Source: a virus. From it: DNA of 43,677 nucleotides. Shown piece by piece: positions 26,414 through 36,647 of this stretch (positions are counted from its first letter, which is position 1; every line of letters starts with the position of its first letter). The stretch covers positions 1-43,677 of the IMG/VR virus record IMGVR_UViG_3300045988_057586. One strand, given 5' to 3'. Made by a program: the position numbers and the translations under genes. The notes beneath the pieces are model-generated. The model did no database searches. It was given only the letters and a program-made list of their open reading frames with translations, and was not told where the DNA came from.

Positions 26414-27727
26414 ATGGCACTTGGCGGCGGTATTTTTACCACGCAGAACAAGGTGCTGCCCGGCAGCTACATCAATTTCGTGTCGGCGAGCAAGGCAAGC
26501 GCCAACCTCAGTGACCGCGGCATTGCAACTATGCCGCTCGAACTGGACTGGGGTACTGACAATGCTGTATTTGAAGTAACCCCTGCGGACTTTCAGAAGA
26601 ACAGCCTTGCCATTTTCGGTTATCCGTTCACACACGACAAGCTCAAGGGCCTGCGTGAAGTGATGGATAAGGTGCGCACGCTGTACGCCTACAAGCTGAC
26701 CAGCGCAGGCGCAAAGGCTGCGAACACCTACGCTACGGCGAAGTGCTGCGGTGTACGCGGCAACGACCTCAAGGTCGTGATCGGCGCGAACGTAGACGCA
26801 CCGGAGAAGTTTGACGTCAGCCTGTATCTCGGTACGACCCTTGTTGACACACAGACCGGCGTTGCAAAGGCGGCAGACCTCAAGGACAACGACTACGTTA
26901 TCTGGAAGGATTCTGCATCGCTTGCCGAAACGGCAGGCACGGCGCTGACCGGCGGCACGAACGGTACTGTTGACGGCACGGCTCACCAGAAATATATGGA
27001 CAAGATTGAGCCGTACACCTATAACACGATGGGTGTTGTCACGACCGACGAAACCACCAAGTCCCTGTATGCGGCGTTTGTAAAGCGTATGCGTGAGGAC
27101 GTCGGTGCGAAGTTCCAGTGCGTGCTGTACGGCAAGGCAGCCGATTATGAGGGCGTTATCAACGTCAAGAATCGCGTAACCGACGAGGGTGCAAATGAAG
27201 CCTCTCTCGTGTACTGGGTGACCGGTGCCGAGGCGGCCTGCGCGATCAACAAGAGCCTGCTGAACGTCAAGTACGACGGCGCTTACACTGTGGACACCGA
27301 CTACAAGCAGAGTGAGCTGGAAACCTTCATTAAATCCGGCGTATTTGCGATGCACAATGTCAGCGGCGAAACCCGCGTGCTTTCAGACATCAACAGCTTT
27401 GTGTCCGACACCGAGGGCAAGAGCAAGGAAATCTTTGGCGACAATCAGTGCGTCCGCGTCATGGACCAGATCGCAAACGACATTGCGGTGATGTTCAACA
27501 CGCGCTATCTGGGTAAGGTGCCGAATGATGCAAGCGGTCGCGTATCTCTGTGGAACGACATCGTAAAGCATCACCAGCAGCTCGAGGACCTGCGGGCCAT
27601 CGAGAATTTCTCGGCGGACGATGTGCAGGTCGAGCAGGGCGACGCCAAGAACAGCGTTGCGGTGCAGGATGCCGTTACCATCGTATGCGCGATGGCCAAG
27701 CTGTACATGACTGTCACCGTATCGTAA
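26414..27727 (+). CDS. Contractile tail sheath protein (XkdK-like)
   Basis: N-terminus GGGIFTTQNKVLPGSYINF is typical of sheath proteins. 437 aa, followed by the tube gene. Confidence 0.9.
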   Translation: MALGGGIFTTQNKVLPGSYINFVSASKASANLSDRGIATMPLELDWGTDNAVFEVTPADFQKNSLAIFGYPFTHDKLKGLREVMDKVRTLYAYKLTSAGAKAANTYATAKCCGVRGNDLKVVIGANVDAPEKFDVSLYLGTTLVDTQTGVAKAADLKDNDYVIWKDSASLAETAGTALTGGTNGTVDGTAHQKYMDKIEPYTYNTMGVVTTDETTKSLYAAFVKRMREDVGAKFQCVLYGKAADYEGVINVKNRVTDEGANEASLVYWVTGAEAACAINKSLLNVKYDGAYTVDTDYKQSELETFIKSGVFAMHNVSGETRVLSDINSFVSDTEGKSKEIFGDNQCVRVMDQIANDIAVMFNTRYLGKVPNDASGRVSLWNDIVKHHQQLEDLRAIENFSADDVQVEQGDAKNSVAVQDAVTIVCAMAKLYMTVTVS

Positions 27728-27742
27728 AGGAGGGAACAAGGT

Positions 27743-28210
27743 ATGGCTTATATGCCTGCAAATGATGCGCCGTCCGCCAAGCTGGCGACGGCCTACGTCA
27801 CCATTGACGGCAACCGTTACGCCTGCCTGATGGCAAAGAGCTTTGAGGGCAAGATGAACGTGGAGACCAAGGAAGTACCGGCTCTGGGACGCACTGTAAA
27901 GGGCGTGAAGGCAGTTGGCGCGAGCATTAAGTTCTCCATGGTTGTCTACAAGGTGACGGAGATCTTCGACGAGCTGATGGAGCGCTACAAGAACACCGGT
28001 CTGCTGCCGACGTTCGACATCCAGACCACAAACGAAGACCCGGCAACGTCCATCGGTCGCTCGACCAAGATCTACACCGACTGCGTGATCGACGGCGATG
28101 TGCTGCTGAGTATGTTTGATGCTGACGGCGATTTTGTTGAACAGACCATCGAGGGCTACGCACAGGATTTCAGCCGTCCGGAGAAGTACACCAACCCGTC
28201 TTATATGTAA
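27743..28210 (+). CDS. Tail tube protein (XkdM-like)
   Basis: 155 aa immediately after the sheath gene. Confidence 0.85.
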   Translation: MAYMPANDAPSAKLATAYVTIDGNRYACLMAKSFEGKMNVETKEVPALGRTVKGVKAVGASIKFSMVVYKVTEIFDELMERYKNTGLLPTFDIQTTNEDPATSIGRSTKIYTDCVIDGDVLLSMFDADGDFVEQTIEGYAQDFSRPEKYTNPSYM

Positions 28211-28216
28211 ACCTGA

Positions 28217-28249
28217 TATGCCCCTGTCTAACCGGATAGGGGTATTTTT
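28217..28249 (+). terminator. Hairpin plus T-run after the tube gene (attenuator-like)
   Basis: ATGCCCCT..AGGGGTAT stem with one mismatch, followed by TTTTT. Confidence 0.4.
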
Positions 28250-28696
28250 ATGAAGAAAGGAACCGATATGTCGAATTTCAGCGCTTTTATGAAAAGCAAC
28301 AAGAAGCAGCGCCCGAACGAGCTTTACGCCGCTACGAAGTCCCTGACCGACGGAAACGGTGTACCGCTGCTGTGGGAGCTGCGCCCGGTCACCACCCGTG
28401 AGAATGAGGCGATCCGCGAGCAGTGCACCACCGAGGTGCAGGTGCCGGGCAAGCCGGGTATGTACCGTCAGCGCGTCGATACCTCGGAGTACCAGGCAAA
28501 GCTGATGGCGGCGGCTGTCGTTACGCCTAATCTGAACGACGCAGAACTGCAGGACAGCTATGGTGTGATGAGCGCCGAGGAGCTGCTCAAGGAAATGCTG
28601 GACGATGCGGGCGAGTATACCGAGCTTGCTGTCAAGGTGCAGCAGATTTCCGGCTTTACCACTCTCGCAGAGGACGTTGAAGCGGTAAAAAACTGA
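28250..28696 (+). CDS. Tail assembly chaperone (XkdN-like), 0-frame product
   Basis: Position between the tube and tape measure genes. An alternative start is ATG 28267. Confidence 0.8.
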   Translation: MKKGTDMSNFSAFMKSNKKQRPNELYAATKSLTDGNGVPLLWELRPVTTRENEAIREQCTTEVQVPGKPGMYRQRVDTSEYQAKLMAAAVVTPNLNDAELQDSYGVMSAEELLKEMLDDAGEYTELAVKVQQISGFTTLAEDVEAVKN

Positions 28697-28872
28697 TCGA
28701 GGCAGAGGATACGGAAACGTGCTATGCGTTGTATGCTCTGCATCAGTTACACATATTGCCGTCTGATTTTCTTGCGCTGGACCAGAAAGACAAGGCGTTC
28801 ATCATCGCTGCGGCACTGGAAAAGGTAAAGCAGGAAAAGGCAGAGATGGCAAAGATCAAGAATAAGAGGTGA
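28693..28872 (+). CDS. -1 frameshift extension of the tail chaperone
   Basis: Slippery AAAAAAC at 28687-28693, just before the 0-frame stop. The -1 frame is open for 59 codons up to the tape measure start. Confidence 0.7.
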   Translation: MIEAEDTETCYALYALHQLHILPSDFLALDQKDKAFIIAAALEKVKQEKAEMAKIKNKR

Positions 28873-28876
28873 TTTC

Positions 28877-30856
28877 GTGGCGGGTATTACAACAGCTGTA
28901 AAGCTGAATGACCAGATGACCGCACCGCTGCGGAACATTACAAACGCGGTCAATATGATGCTCTCCAGCTGGGAGAGCCTGGATAATGCCACAGCCCGCG
29001 GTCTGGACATGGGCGACGTCGGCGCTATCCGCACGCAGCTGAATGATGCAACGACTGCGCTGGATCAGCTCGGAAACGAGCAGCAGGAGTTTAATAGCAA
29101 AGTCGAACATGGTTCTGATGCGCTGAGTGGTATGGCGGGCAAGATTGCCGGTATGGTTGCGGGCTACCTTAGTTTGCAAGGCGCGATGAACACCGTTAAG
29201 AACGGCATTGATTACGCCTCCGACCTTGCTGAAGTGCAGAACGTCGTGGATGTGTCGTTCGGTAAGTCGGCTGCTTCCATCAATGACTGGGCGCAGAAAG
29301 CACTTGAAGCCTACGGTCTGAACGAGGTTACAGCAAAACGCTATAACGGCACACTCGGTGCGATGCTGAAATCTACCGGCGTGACGGGTGACAGTGTTGT
29401 GGATATGTCGGAAAAGCTGACGGGTTTAGCCGGCGATATGGCATCGTTCTACAACCTCGACACCAATACGGCGTTTGAGAAAATCCGTTCCGGCATCTCG
29501 GGCGAGACTGAACCGCTCAAACAGCTCGGCATCAATATGTCGGTCGCCAATCTGGAGGCCTACGCGCTGTCGCAGGGTATTACGACCGCGTACGATAAAA
29601 TGTCGCAGGCGGAGCAGACCATGCTGCGCTATAACTATCTGATGAGTGTTACCTCGGACGCCCAGGGCGACTTCGCCCGAACGTCCGACAGCTGGGCAAA
29701 CCAGACGCGACTGCTCAGTGAGAACTGGACGGAGTTTGTCGGCAAAATGGCGGCGAACCTGCTGCCGACGCTGACAGCGGGCGTTTCCACGCTGAATGAC
29801 GTGATTCTGTGGATGTCTGAGAATACGGCGTTCATTACGCCAATCCTCGGCGCGATTACTACGGCTGTTGGTTTGTATACCGCGGCTGTGCTGACCAATG
29901 CGGCGGCGAAGGGTATCTCTGCTGTCGCGTCTCAGCTGCATGCGGCAGCAGAAGCACGAGCGGCGGCGCTGACATTCCGAGCAACAGTTGCGCAGTATGG
30001 CCTGAACACGGCGCTGCTGGCCTGTCCTATTACATGGATCGTTAGCGGCATTATCCTTGTTATCACGGCGATCTATTTAGTTGTCGCCGCCATTAACAAG
30101 GTCAAGGGTACGAGTATCAGTGCAACCGGTGTCGTTCTGGGTGTACTTGCCACGGCGGGCGCGATTGTGCTGAATACGATCATCGGCGTTATCAACGCAG
30201 CCATTCAGGCGGTTTGGACGCTTTTTGTCGAACCGTTTATCGGTGTGATCGAGTGGGTGCTCAATGCGGTGAATGGCGGCTTCGACAGCCTTGATGACGC
30301 GGTTAAAAATCTATTGGGGCAAATGATCTCGCGGCTGCTTTCGTTCGGTAAGATCGCGACGAAAATCATTGACGCGGTTTTCGGAACGAATTGGACAGAC
30401 AAGTTGAATGAACTTCAGAACACAGCGCTTTCTTGGGGCAAAAACGAAAACGCGATTACAATATCGCGCAACGCACCGACCATCGAAAAGCGTTTCGCGT
30501 ACAAGGACGCATGGAATTTCGGATACAATCTCGGTCAGAGCATTGATGAGAAATTCAGCGCCGCGAACGCCTCTGCAACGCCCGAGTTTGACGCGCTGAA
30601 CAACAATGTCGCAGCGATCGCTGCCAACACGGCGGACACCGCGGACGCATTGCAGCTGTCGAATGAGGACCTAAAAATGCTTCGCAACATCGCGGAACGT
30701 CAGGAAATTAACAAGTACACCACCGCCGAGATCAAGGTGGAAATGGTCAACCACAACAATATCTCGAACGAGATGGATCTGGACGGCGTAGTCAATCTGC
30801 TGGAAGCCAAGGTCACCGAGGCATTGGTCACCAGCGCGGAAGGAGTGCACATCTGA
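28877..30856 (+). CDS. Tail tape measure protein
   Basis: 659 aa, helical, with a hydrophobic central segment. GTG start. Follows the chaperone pair. Confidence 0.9.
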   Translation: MAGITTAVKLNDQMTAPLRNITNAVNMMLSSWESLDNATARGLDMGDVGAIRTQLNDATTALDQLGNEQQEFNSKVEHGSDALSGMAGKIAGMVAGYLSLQGAMNTVKNGIDYASDLAEVQNVVDVSFGKSAASINDWAQKALEAYGLNEVTAKRYNGTLGAMLKSTGVTGDSVVDMSEKLTGLAGDMASFYNLDTNTAFEKIRSGISGETEPLKQLGINMSVANLEAYALSQGITTAYDKMSQAEQTMLRYNYLMSVTSDAQGDFARTSDSWANQTRLLSENWTEFVGKMAANLLPTLTAGVSTLNDVILWMSENTAFITPILGAITTAVGLYTAAVLTNAAAKGISAVASQLHAAAEARAAALTFRATVAQYGLNTALLACPITWIVSGIILVITAIYLVVAAINKVKGTSISATGVVLGVLATAGAIVLNTIIGVINAAIQAVWTLFVEPFIGVIEWVLNAVNGGFDSLDDAVKNLLGQMISRLLSFGKIATKIIDAVFGTNWTDKLNELQNTALSWGKNENAITISRNAPTIEKRFAYKDAWNFGYNLGQSIDEKFSAANASATPEFDALNNNVAAIAANTADTADALQLSNEDLKMLRNIAERQEINKYTTAEIKVEMVNHNNISNEMDLDGVVNLLEAKVTEALVTSAEGVHI

Positions 30857-31581
30857 TGTATGAATTTTATATGGACGGTGTGCGCCTTCCGGTCACGCCG
30901 AGTGCGCTGACCATCAAGATCAGCAACCAGAACAAGACCATCAACCTCATCAACGAGGGTCAGCGCAACATCATCAAGACACCCGGATTGAGCAAGTACA
31001 GCTTCAACGCGCTCCTGCCGAACAGGGAATACCCGTTTGCCTGTTACCCGAACGGCTACCAGCCGGCACAGTATTATATGTCACTGCTGGAAAAGCTCAA
31101 GCGTGAGTGCAAGCCGTTTGAGTTTTTGGTCATCCGCACGGACGACGCAGGCAATCTGCTGATGACGAACGACCCGGACAAGCCGCTCATGGTATCGTTG
31201 GAAAGCTACGAACTGAGCGAGGATGCCGGTAGCTACGGCGTTGACGTGATGGCGAAAATCGAACTGCTGACTTATGTGGATGTCAAGACCAAGCTGATCG
31301 AGTTCAAAAAGAGCGAGAGCAGCAGCTCCGCCACCAAGAAGGCGACCGTCACGCAGAAGCGCGACACTACGACCGCACCTAAGAACAAAACGTACACTGT
31401 TAAACAGGGTGATACCCTATGGGATATTGCCCGTGTACACTTAGGTAACGGCTCTAAGTGGCAGTCTATTTATAATCTGAACAAGGCTGCCATTGAAGCT
31501 GCAGCAAAGAAGTACGGCAGATCGAGCAGCAGTAACGGCTGGTGGATCTACCCCGGAACCGTGCTCAAGCTGCCGGGTTAA
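30856..31581 (+). CDS. LysM-domain tail protein (XkdP-like)
   Basis: C-terminal LysM domain YTVKQGDTLWDIARVHLGNGSKWQSIYNLN. Confidence 0.85.
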   Translation: MYEFYMDGVRLPVTPSALTIKISNQNKTINLINEGQRNIIKTPGLSKYSFNALLPNREYPFACYPNGYQPAQYYMSLLEKLKRECKPFEFLVIRTDDAGNLLMTNDPDKPLMVSLESYELSEDAGSYGVDVMAKIELLTYVDVKTKLIEFKKSESSSSATKKATVTQKRDTTTAPKNKTYTVKQGDTLWDIARVHLGNGSKWQSIYNLNKAAIEAAAKKYGRSSSSNGWWIYPGTVLKLPG

Positions 31582-31593
31582 GGAGGGGAGAAC

Positions 31594-33468
31594 ATGGGTA
31601 AATATGTTTGGCCGTGTCCGTCCTACTCGCGCATTTCGAGCGGCTACGGCAACCGCGTACACCCAATTTACGGCACTGTCAAGTTTCATGACGGTGTAGA
31701 CCTTGCTTCTGCTTCGGGTACTCCTATTCTTGCGTTTGCTCCTGGTACTGTAACGGTATCCGGTTTGAACGGAGGTTATGGTAACTACATCAGTATTAAC
31801 CATGGCGGCGGTCTGATGAGTTTCTACGGACATTGTTCGAAACTGTATGTTTCAAAGGGCGCGAAAGTTTCCGCAGGTCAGAAGATTGCCGCCGTTGGTA
31901 CAACTGGCAACTCGACCGGCTGTCACCTGCATTTTGGTATGCACTTGAACGGTTCGTCGGTCAATCCGCTGAACTATGTATCGTCGAAGGACACAGTATC
32001 TAACTATACCGGCTCTAAATCGTCTGGTACTGCTACAAATACGGTTAAGGCACTCTTTACCGCCTATTATCCTGCGAATAACGCTATGGAGGGCGGTTTT
32101 CTTGATGCACTCGGCAACAGGTTAGACCCAAGCAAGCACACTTGCGCTGCACCGCCAAGCGTACCGTTTGGTACTAAGGTTACAGTGCAGGGTACAGGTA
32201 CAGCGCTTGATGGAGTGACGTACACGGTTAATGACCGTGGCGGTATGATTCAGATTGAAAATGGCGTGTACCATTTCGATTTGCTCATGTCCTCGAACGC
32301 CGAATGTAACAACTGGGGCAGGCGAAAAGGTACCGCCATCATCGGCGGTTCTGGTTCTTCAAGTTCGTCCGGTTCATCCGGTTCGAGTACCGAGAAGAAA
32401 AAGAAGGACATCACGACCGTTGTTGTTAAGTCTGTTACCGGCGCGGCGGGCACGCGCAAGGAGATCCTGCGGGATGTTCCGTCCTGCCAGATGCCGGGCG
32501 CGGAGCTGATCATCCAGAACAAAAACGGTCAGCTTCAGCAGCCGATGATCGAGGGCGACATCGTGTGGGAAACCACCCGCAGCGGCGCGGCATCCTCGCT
32601 GACGTTTACGGTGGTCAAGGATGATACGCTCAACTTCCACGAGGGCAATCCGGTGTCGTTCCGGTTCAATGGCGCGAATGTGTTCTACGGCTACGTCTTT
32701 AAGAAGTCGCGCTCAGACAATCGGCTGATTAAGGTCACGGCCTATGACCAGCTGCGCTACTTCAAAAACAAGGACACCATCAGCTACACGAACAAGACCT
32801 ATGCCGATGTGCTGAAAATGCTGGCTGCGGACTACGGACTCAAGGTCGGTACCGTGACCGACACCAAGTACAAGATTCCGCAGCGTATCGAGGAGGGGAC
32901 GCTCTTTGATATGCTCGGCAATGCCAGTGACCTGACCATCATCAACACCGGTAAGGTGTACGTCTTGTATGACGATTTCGGCAAGTTGTGCCTCAAACCG
33001 TATGAGAGCCTGCTCCTGCCGCTCTACATCGACGAGGACACCGCCCAGGGTTACAGCTACACCTCGTCCATCGACAGCGATGTGTACAACCGCATCAAGC
33101 TGGCGTGGGACAACGACGAAACCGGCGTCAGAGAGGTTCATGTGATGAACAATACCGCCAGCCAGAGCAAATGGGGCACGCTCCAGTATTACGAAAAGCT
33201 GGACAACGCCCTCAACACCGCCGATTTGCAGACCAAGGCCAAGGCGCTGATGAAATACTACAACGTCATCCACCGCGAACTGACCATGCAGAAGGTGTTC
33301 GGGGATGTTCGGGCGCGTGCCGGTACTTCGGTCTGCGTCGGCATGGGCCTGGGCGACATCAACATCAAGAACTATATGTGCGTGGAAAAAGCCAAGCACA
33401 CGTTCAGCAACGGTCTTTACACGATGGACCTGTATTTAAGCGGAATTCGAGGTGAGTTTAGTGTCTAA
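31594..33468 (+). CDS. Tail hub protein fused to M23 peptidase and 3D-like domains (XkdQ-like C-terminus)
   Basis: M23 motifs HDGVDL and GCHLHFGMH. A 3D-like block (FTAYYPANN...GTKV..YTVNDRGG). A Ser-rich linker. The C-terminal half occupies the XkdQ position. Confidence 0.85.
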   Translation: MGKYVWPCPSYSRISSGYGNRVHPIYGTVKFHDGVDLASASGTPILAFAPGTVTVSGLNGGYGNYISINHGGGLMSFYGHCSKLYVSKGAKVSAGQKIAAVGTTGNSTGCHLHFGMHLNGSSVNPLNYVSSKDTVSNYTGSKSSGTATNTVKALFTAYYPANNAMEGGFLDALGNRLDPSKHTCAAPPSVPFGTKVTVQGTGTALDGVTYTVNDRGGMIQIENGVYHFDLLMSSNAECNNWGRRKGTAIIGGSGSSSSSGSSGSSTEKKKKDITTVVVKSVTGAAGTRKEILRDVPSCQMPGAELIIQNKNGQLQQPMIEGDIVWETTRSGAASSLTFTVVKDDTLNFHEGNPVSFRFNGANVFYGYVFKKSRSDNRLIKVTAYDQLRYFKNKDTISYTNKTYADVLKMLAADYGLKVGTVTDTKYKIPQRIEEGTLFDMLGNASDLTIINTGKVYVLYDDFGKLCLKPYESLLLPLYIDEDTAQGYSYTSSIDSDVYNRIKLAWDNDETGVREVHVMNNTASQSKWGTLQYYEKLDNALNTADLQTKAKALMKYYNVIHRELTMQKVFGDVRARAGTSVCVGMGLGDINIKNYMCVEKAKHTFSNGLYTMDLYLSGIRGEFSV

Positions 33469-33724
33469 TCTGATGGAATCTATGCGGCAGATTGCCGCGA
33501 ATGAGCGTCAAGCCGCTTTGCCGATGACGATTTGCTTCGGCAAGGTAATCGCACTCTCACCGTTCCGTGTGCAGATCGACCAGAAACTTGTACTCACTAA
33601 GGAGTTTTTCATCGTGAAAAGCGGCGTGAGCGCATCCTCGTTCAAGGTGGGAGATGTGCTCATCCTGTTCCGCAATGAGGGCGGACAAAAGTACCTGATA
33701 TTCGACAAGAAAGGGGCGCTGTAA
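33461..33724 (+). CDS. XkdR-like (DUF2577) baseplate protein
   Basis: GTG 33461 follows GAGGTGA. Size and synteny support the call. Confidence 0.75.
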   Translation: MSNLMESMRQIAANERQAALPMTICFGKVIALSPFRVQIDQKLVLTKEFFIVKSGVSASSFKVGDVLILFRNEGGQKYLIFDKKGAL

Positions 33725-34143
33725 TGCTGCCGACAGAGTATAATGACGATCTCGTGCAGGATTTCGAGATCGAAACACAGCCTACGCGCACCTACGCGCT
33801 GCGGTTTGACGGCTATCCGTGCTCCGGCGGCAAGCTGGACGGCCTGGAAGCCATGAAGCAGGCCATCTTCCTGATTCTCCAGACCGAACGGTTTCAGTAC
33901 GCCATCTATTCATGGAATTACGGCATTGAGCTGAACGCCCTGCTCGGGCAGACCATGACGCCGTATCTGCAGGCCAAGGTCGCCAAGGCGATTGAAGATG
34001 CGCTCATGGCGGATGATCGTGTTTTGTCGGTTGAGCAGTTCTCGTTCACCAAGGGCAAGCACAGCCTGCTTGTGAAATTTACGGTAACCACGACCGAGGG
34101 CGACGTGGAAAGCGAATTTGAGTTTGGAGGTGAAGCGGCATGA
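33724..34143 (+). CDS. XkdS-like (gp25/W-like) baseplate wedge protein
   Basis: 139 aa. Assigned from synteny upstream of the baseplate J gene. Confidence 0.75.
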   Translation: MLPTEYNDDLVQDFEIETQPTRTYALRFDGYPCSGGKLDGLEAMKQAIFLILQTERFQYAIYSWNYGIELNALLGQTMTPYLQAKVAKAIEDALMADDRVLSVEQFSFTKGKHSLLVKFTVTTTEGDVESEFEFGGEAA

Positions 34144-35222
34144 TCGGACGATACTCGGACGAAATGACGTTTGATTTTATCATGAATCGTATGCTGGAAA
34201 GCGTGCCGGATACGGTTGATAAGCGAGAGGGCAGCATCATCTACGATGCGCTCTCACCGGCAGCCGCGGAGCTTGTCAAGTGCTACATGGAACTGGACGT
34301 CGTGATGGACGAAACCTTTGTGGACACGGCGTCGCTCCAGTACCTCATGCTGCGTTGCAAAGAGCGCGGCGTAGCTATTCAAGGCGAAACAGCTGCCGTT
34401 ATCGAGGGCGTGTTTACGCCGTCCAGTGTGGAGCTGACCGCGGGCCTGCGGTTCAACTGCGATGAGGTGAACTACACCATCACAGAAAAGATCTCGGCAG
34501 GTCACTACAAGCTGGAAGCTGAAACGCTCGGCACGGTCGGCAACAAGTACACCGGTCTGCTGTTACCGATCCAGACGGTCAACGGATTGGAAACCGCCCA
34601 GATTGCAGCGGTGCTCATTCCGGCCGAGGACGGCGACACGACCGACACGCTGCGCGAGAAATACTACGCCAGCATTGACGGTGAGGCTTTCGGCGGGAAT
34701 GTCGCGGACTACCGCGAGAAGGTCAACGCGATTACCGGCGTGGGCGGTGTCAAGGTCTATCCGGTATGGAACGGCGGCGGTACGGTAAAGCTGACTATTA
34801 TCGCGTCGGACTTCACCGCGCCCAGTACGGAGCTCATCAGCAAGGTACAGACCGCCATCGACCCCGAGGGCAATCAGGGCGAGGGCCTCGGCCTTGCGCC
34901 GATCGGACACACGGTGACCGTCACCGGCGCACGCTACGCTGACCTCACCGTTGCAGCGAATGTCACCTTTGCCGCCGGATGGAGTTGGGACAACGGCAAG
35001 TCGCAGCTCGTGAGCGCTGCTAATGCGTATCTTGATGAACTGCGTAAGAACTGGGCGGACAGTGAAACAACAGTGGTTCGTATCTCGCAGATCGAAACAC
35101 ACCTGCTGACCGCGGATTGCGTGGTCGACGTGGACGGCACAACCGTTAACGGCGATACCAGGAACATCGAGCTGGCTGCGGACGAGATTCCGCGGCTGAG
35201 TACGATTGGCGGTGCGTCGTGA
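34140..35222 (+). CDS. Baseplate J-like protein (XkdT-like)
   Basis: 360 aa. Assigned from N-terminal similarity to baseplate J proteins and from synteny. Confidence 0.9.
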   Translation: MIGRYSDEMTFDFIMNRMLESVPDTVDKREGSIIYDALSPAAAELVKCYMELDVVMDETFVDTASLQYLMLRCKERGVAIQGETAAVIEGVFTPSSVELTAGLRFNCDEVNYTITEKISAGHYKLEAETLGTVGNKYTGLLLPIQTVNGLETAQIAAVLIPAEDGDTTDTLREKYYASIDGEAFGGNVADYREKVNAITGVGGVKVYPVWNGGGTVKLTIIASDFTAPSTELISKVQTAIDPEGNQGEGLGLAPIGHTVTVTGARYADLTVAANVTFAAGWSWDNGKSQLVSAANAYLDELRKNWADSETTVVRISQIETHLLTADCVVDVDGTTVNGDTRNIELAADEIPRLSTIGGAS

Positions 35223-35776
35223 GAAAGAAGCTGCAAGACTACCTGCCGTCGATCCTGCTGAAAACCTACGAGTTTCCGCTTTTGTGCGACACCGAGCAGC
35301 CGGAGATTGACCGTCTGCGCGATGCCGCTGATGCGGTGCTGGACGCGCAGTTCATCAGTACCGCCGGTGAAACCGCCATTGCGCGCTACGAGAAGATCTT
35401 CGGCATTACGCCGATGGACACGGACACACTGGACGAGCGCCGGTTTAAGGTGCTCGCAAAGATCAATGCGCAGCTGCCGTTCTCGGTGCGCCGCCTGCGG
35501 CAGCAGCTTGAAACGCTCTGCGGTGCGGACGGCTACAAGCTCGAGCTGGATGGTGGCAAATACACGCTAACCGTTAAGGTGGCGTTGACCGCAAAGCGCA
35601 ATCAGCAGGCGGTCGAGGAACTGCTTGCCGACATTGTACCCGCGAATATGGTTTGTACAACATCGTTGCTGTACAACACATGGGAGCAGATCAAGAAGTT
35701 AACATGGGGCGAGCTGAAAAAGCTCACCTGGCGAGAAATTAAGGAGGAGGTGCTGCCGGATGGAGCAAACACCTAA
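35219..35776 (+). CDS. XkdU-like (tail protein I-like, DUF2313)
   Basis: Signature YLPSILL..YEFPLLCDTEQPEID. Synteny agrees. Confidence 0.8.
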   Translation: MRKKLQDYLPSILLKTYEFPLLCDTEQPEIDRLRDAADAVLDAQFISTAGETAIARYEKIFGITPMDTDTLDERRFKVLAKINAQLPFSVRRLRQQLETLCGADGYKLELDGGKYTLTVKVALTAKRNQQAVEELLADIVPANMVCTTSLLYNTWEQIKKLTWGELKKLTWREIKEEVLPDGANT

Positions 35777-36647
35777 CTATCATCTGAATACGCCCGGCTA
35801 CGAGGAGTTCGGCGATGTCGAAGTGCTCAACCAGAACTTTGCCGCGATCGACGCCGAGCTGAAAAAGAATGCTGACGCGGTGGGCGAACGTGTCAAGACC
35901 ACTGAACTGGCCGAGAAGGTCAAGCAGACCGTCAAGGACGGCAGTCTGACCGCAAAGGATCTCGGCGCCGTATCAGCTGATACCAAGGGCAAGGCCGATG
36001 GTGTGGCCGGTCTGGACGGGAATGGCAAAGTGCCCTCCAACCAGCTGCCTGAAATGAATTACGAGGGCAAGGGCGCCGTAGATGAGCATAACAAGAGTAC
36101 ATCGGCGCACGCTGCACTGTTTAAGGCAATTAACGATTTGCTTGCGGCGCACGTCAAGGACACCGGCAACCCGCACAAGGTCACACCGGCGCAGATTGGT
36201 GCTATCGCGCTGACCCTGCTCGGCCAGCCGAACGGTCCGGCGGTGCTGGATAAGGACGGCCGTCTGACCGCTGACCAGCTCGGTGGCATGATCGGCGGCG
36301 AGAGCGACAGCGGCACCGGTGAACTGCAGGACACCGAGATGGAGGTCGGCACGATCACCAATGCAGGGGCGGGCTGGAACACCTACCATTTTAGAGAGGC
36401 GTTTGAGGGTATCCCGCAAGTTGTATGTCAGGCTGAGGACTTTGACGGCGTTGTACTGGTCAAGGACATTACCGCCGAGGGATTTTTGTACTGCCTGCGT
36501 ACCTTGCAGACCGGCAGTTACTACACCGGTAGCGCGACGGGCACCAATCCGTCGCACAGCGCGAACACGCTGGTCAGCGGCACAACGACCACGGCTGACA
36601 GTATCAAGATTAACTACATCGCAGTAGAGTATGGAGGCGAGCGATAA
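35760..36647 (+). CDS. Tail fibre protein (XkdV position)
   Basis: N-terminus NYHLNTPGYEEFGDVEVLNQNFAAID is typical of prophage fibre proteins. Confidence 0.75.
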   Translation: MEQTPNYHLNTPGYEEFGDVEVLNQNFAAIDAELKKNADAVGERVKTTELAEKVKQTVKDGSLTAKDLGAVSADTKGKADGVAGLDGNGKVPSNQLPEMNYEGKGAVDEHNKSTSAHAALFKAINDLLAAHVKDTGNPHKVTPAQIGAIALTLLGQPNGPAVLDKDGRLTADQLGGMIGGESDSGTGELQDTEMEVGTITNAGAGWNTYHFREAFEGIPQVVCQAEDFDGVVLVKDITAEGFLYCLRTLQTGSYYTGSATGTNPSHSANTLVSGTTTTADSIKINYIAVEYGGER

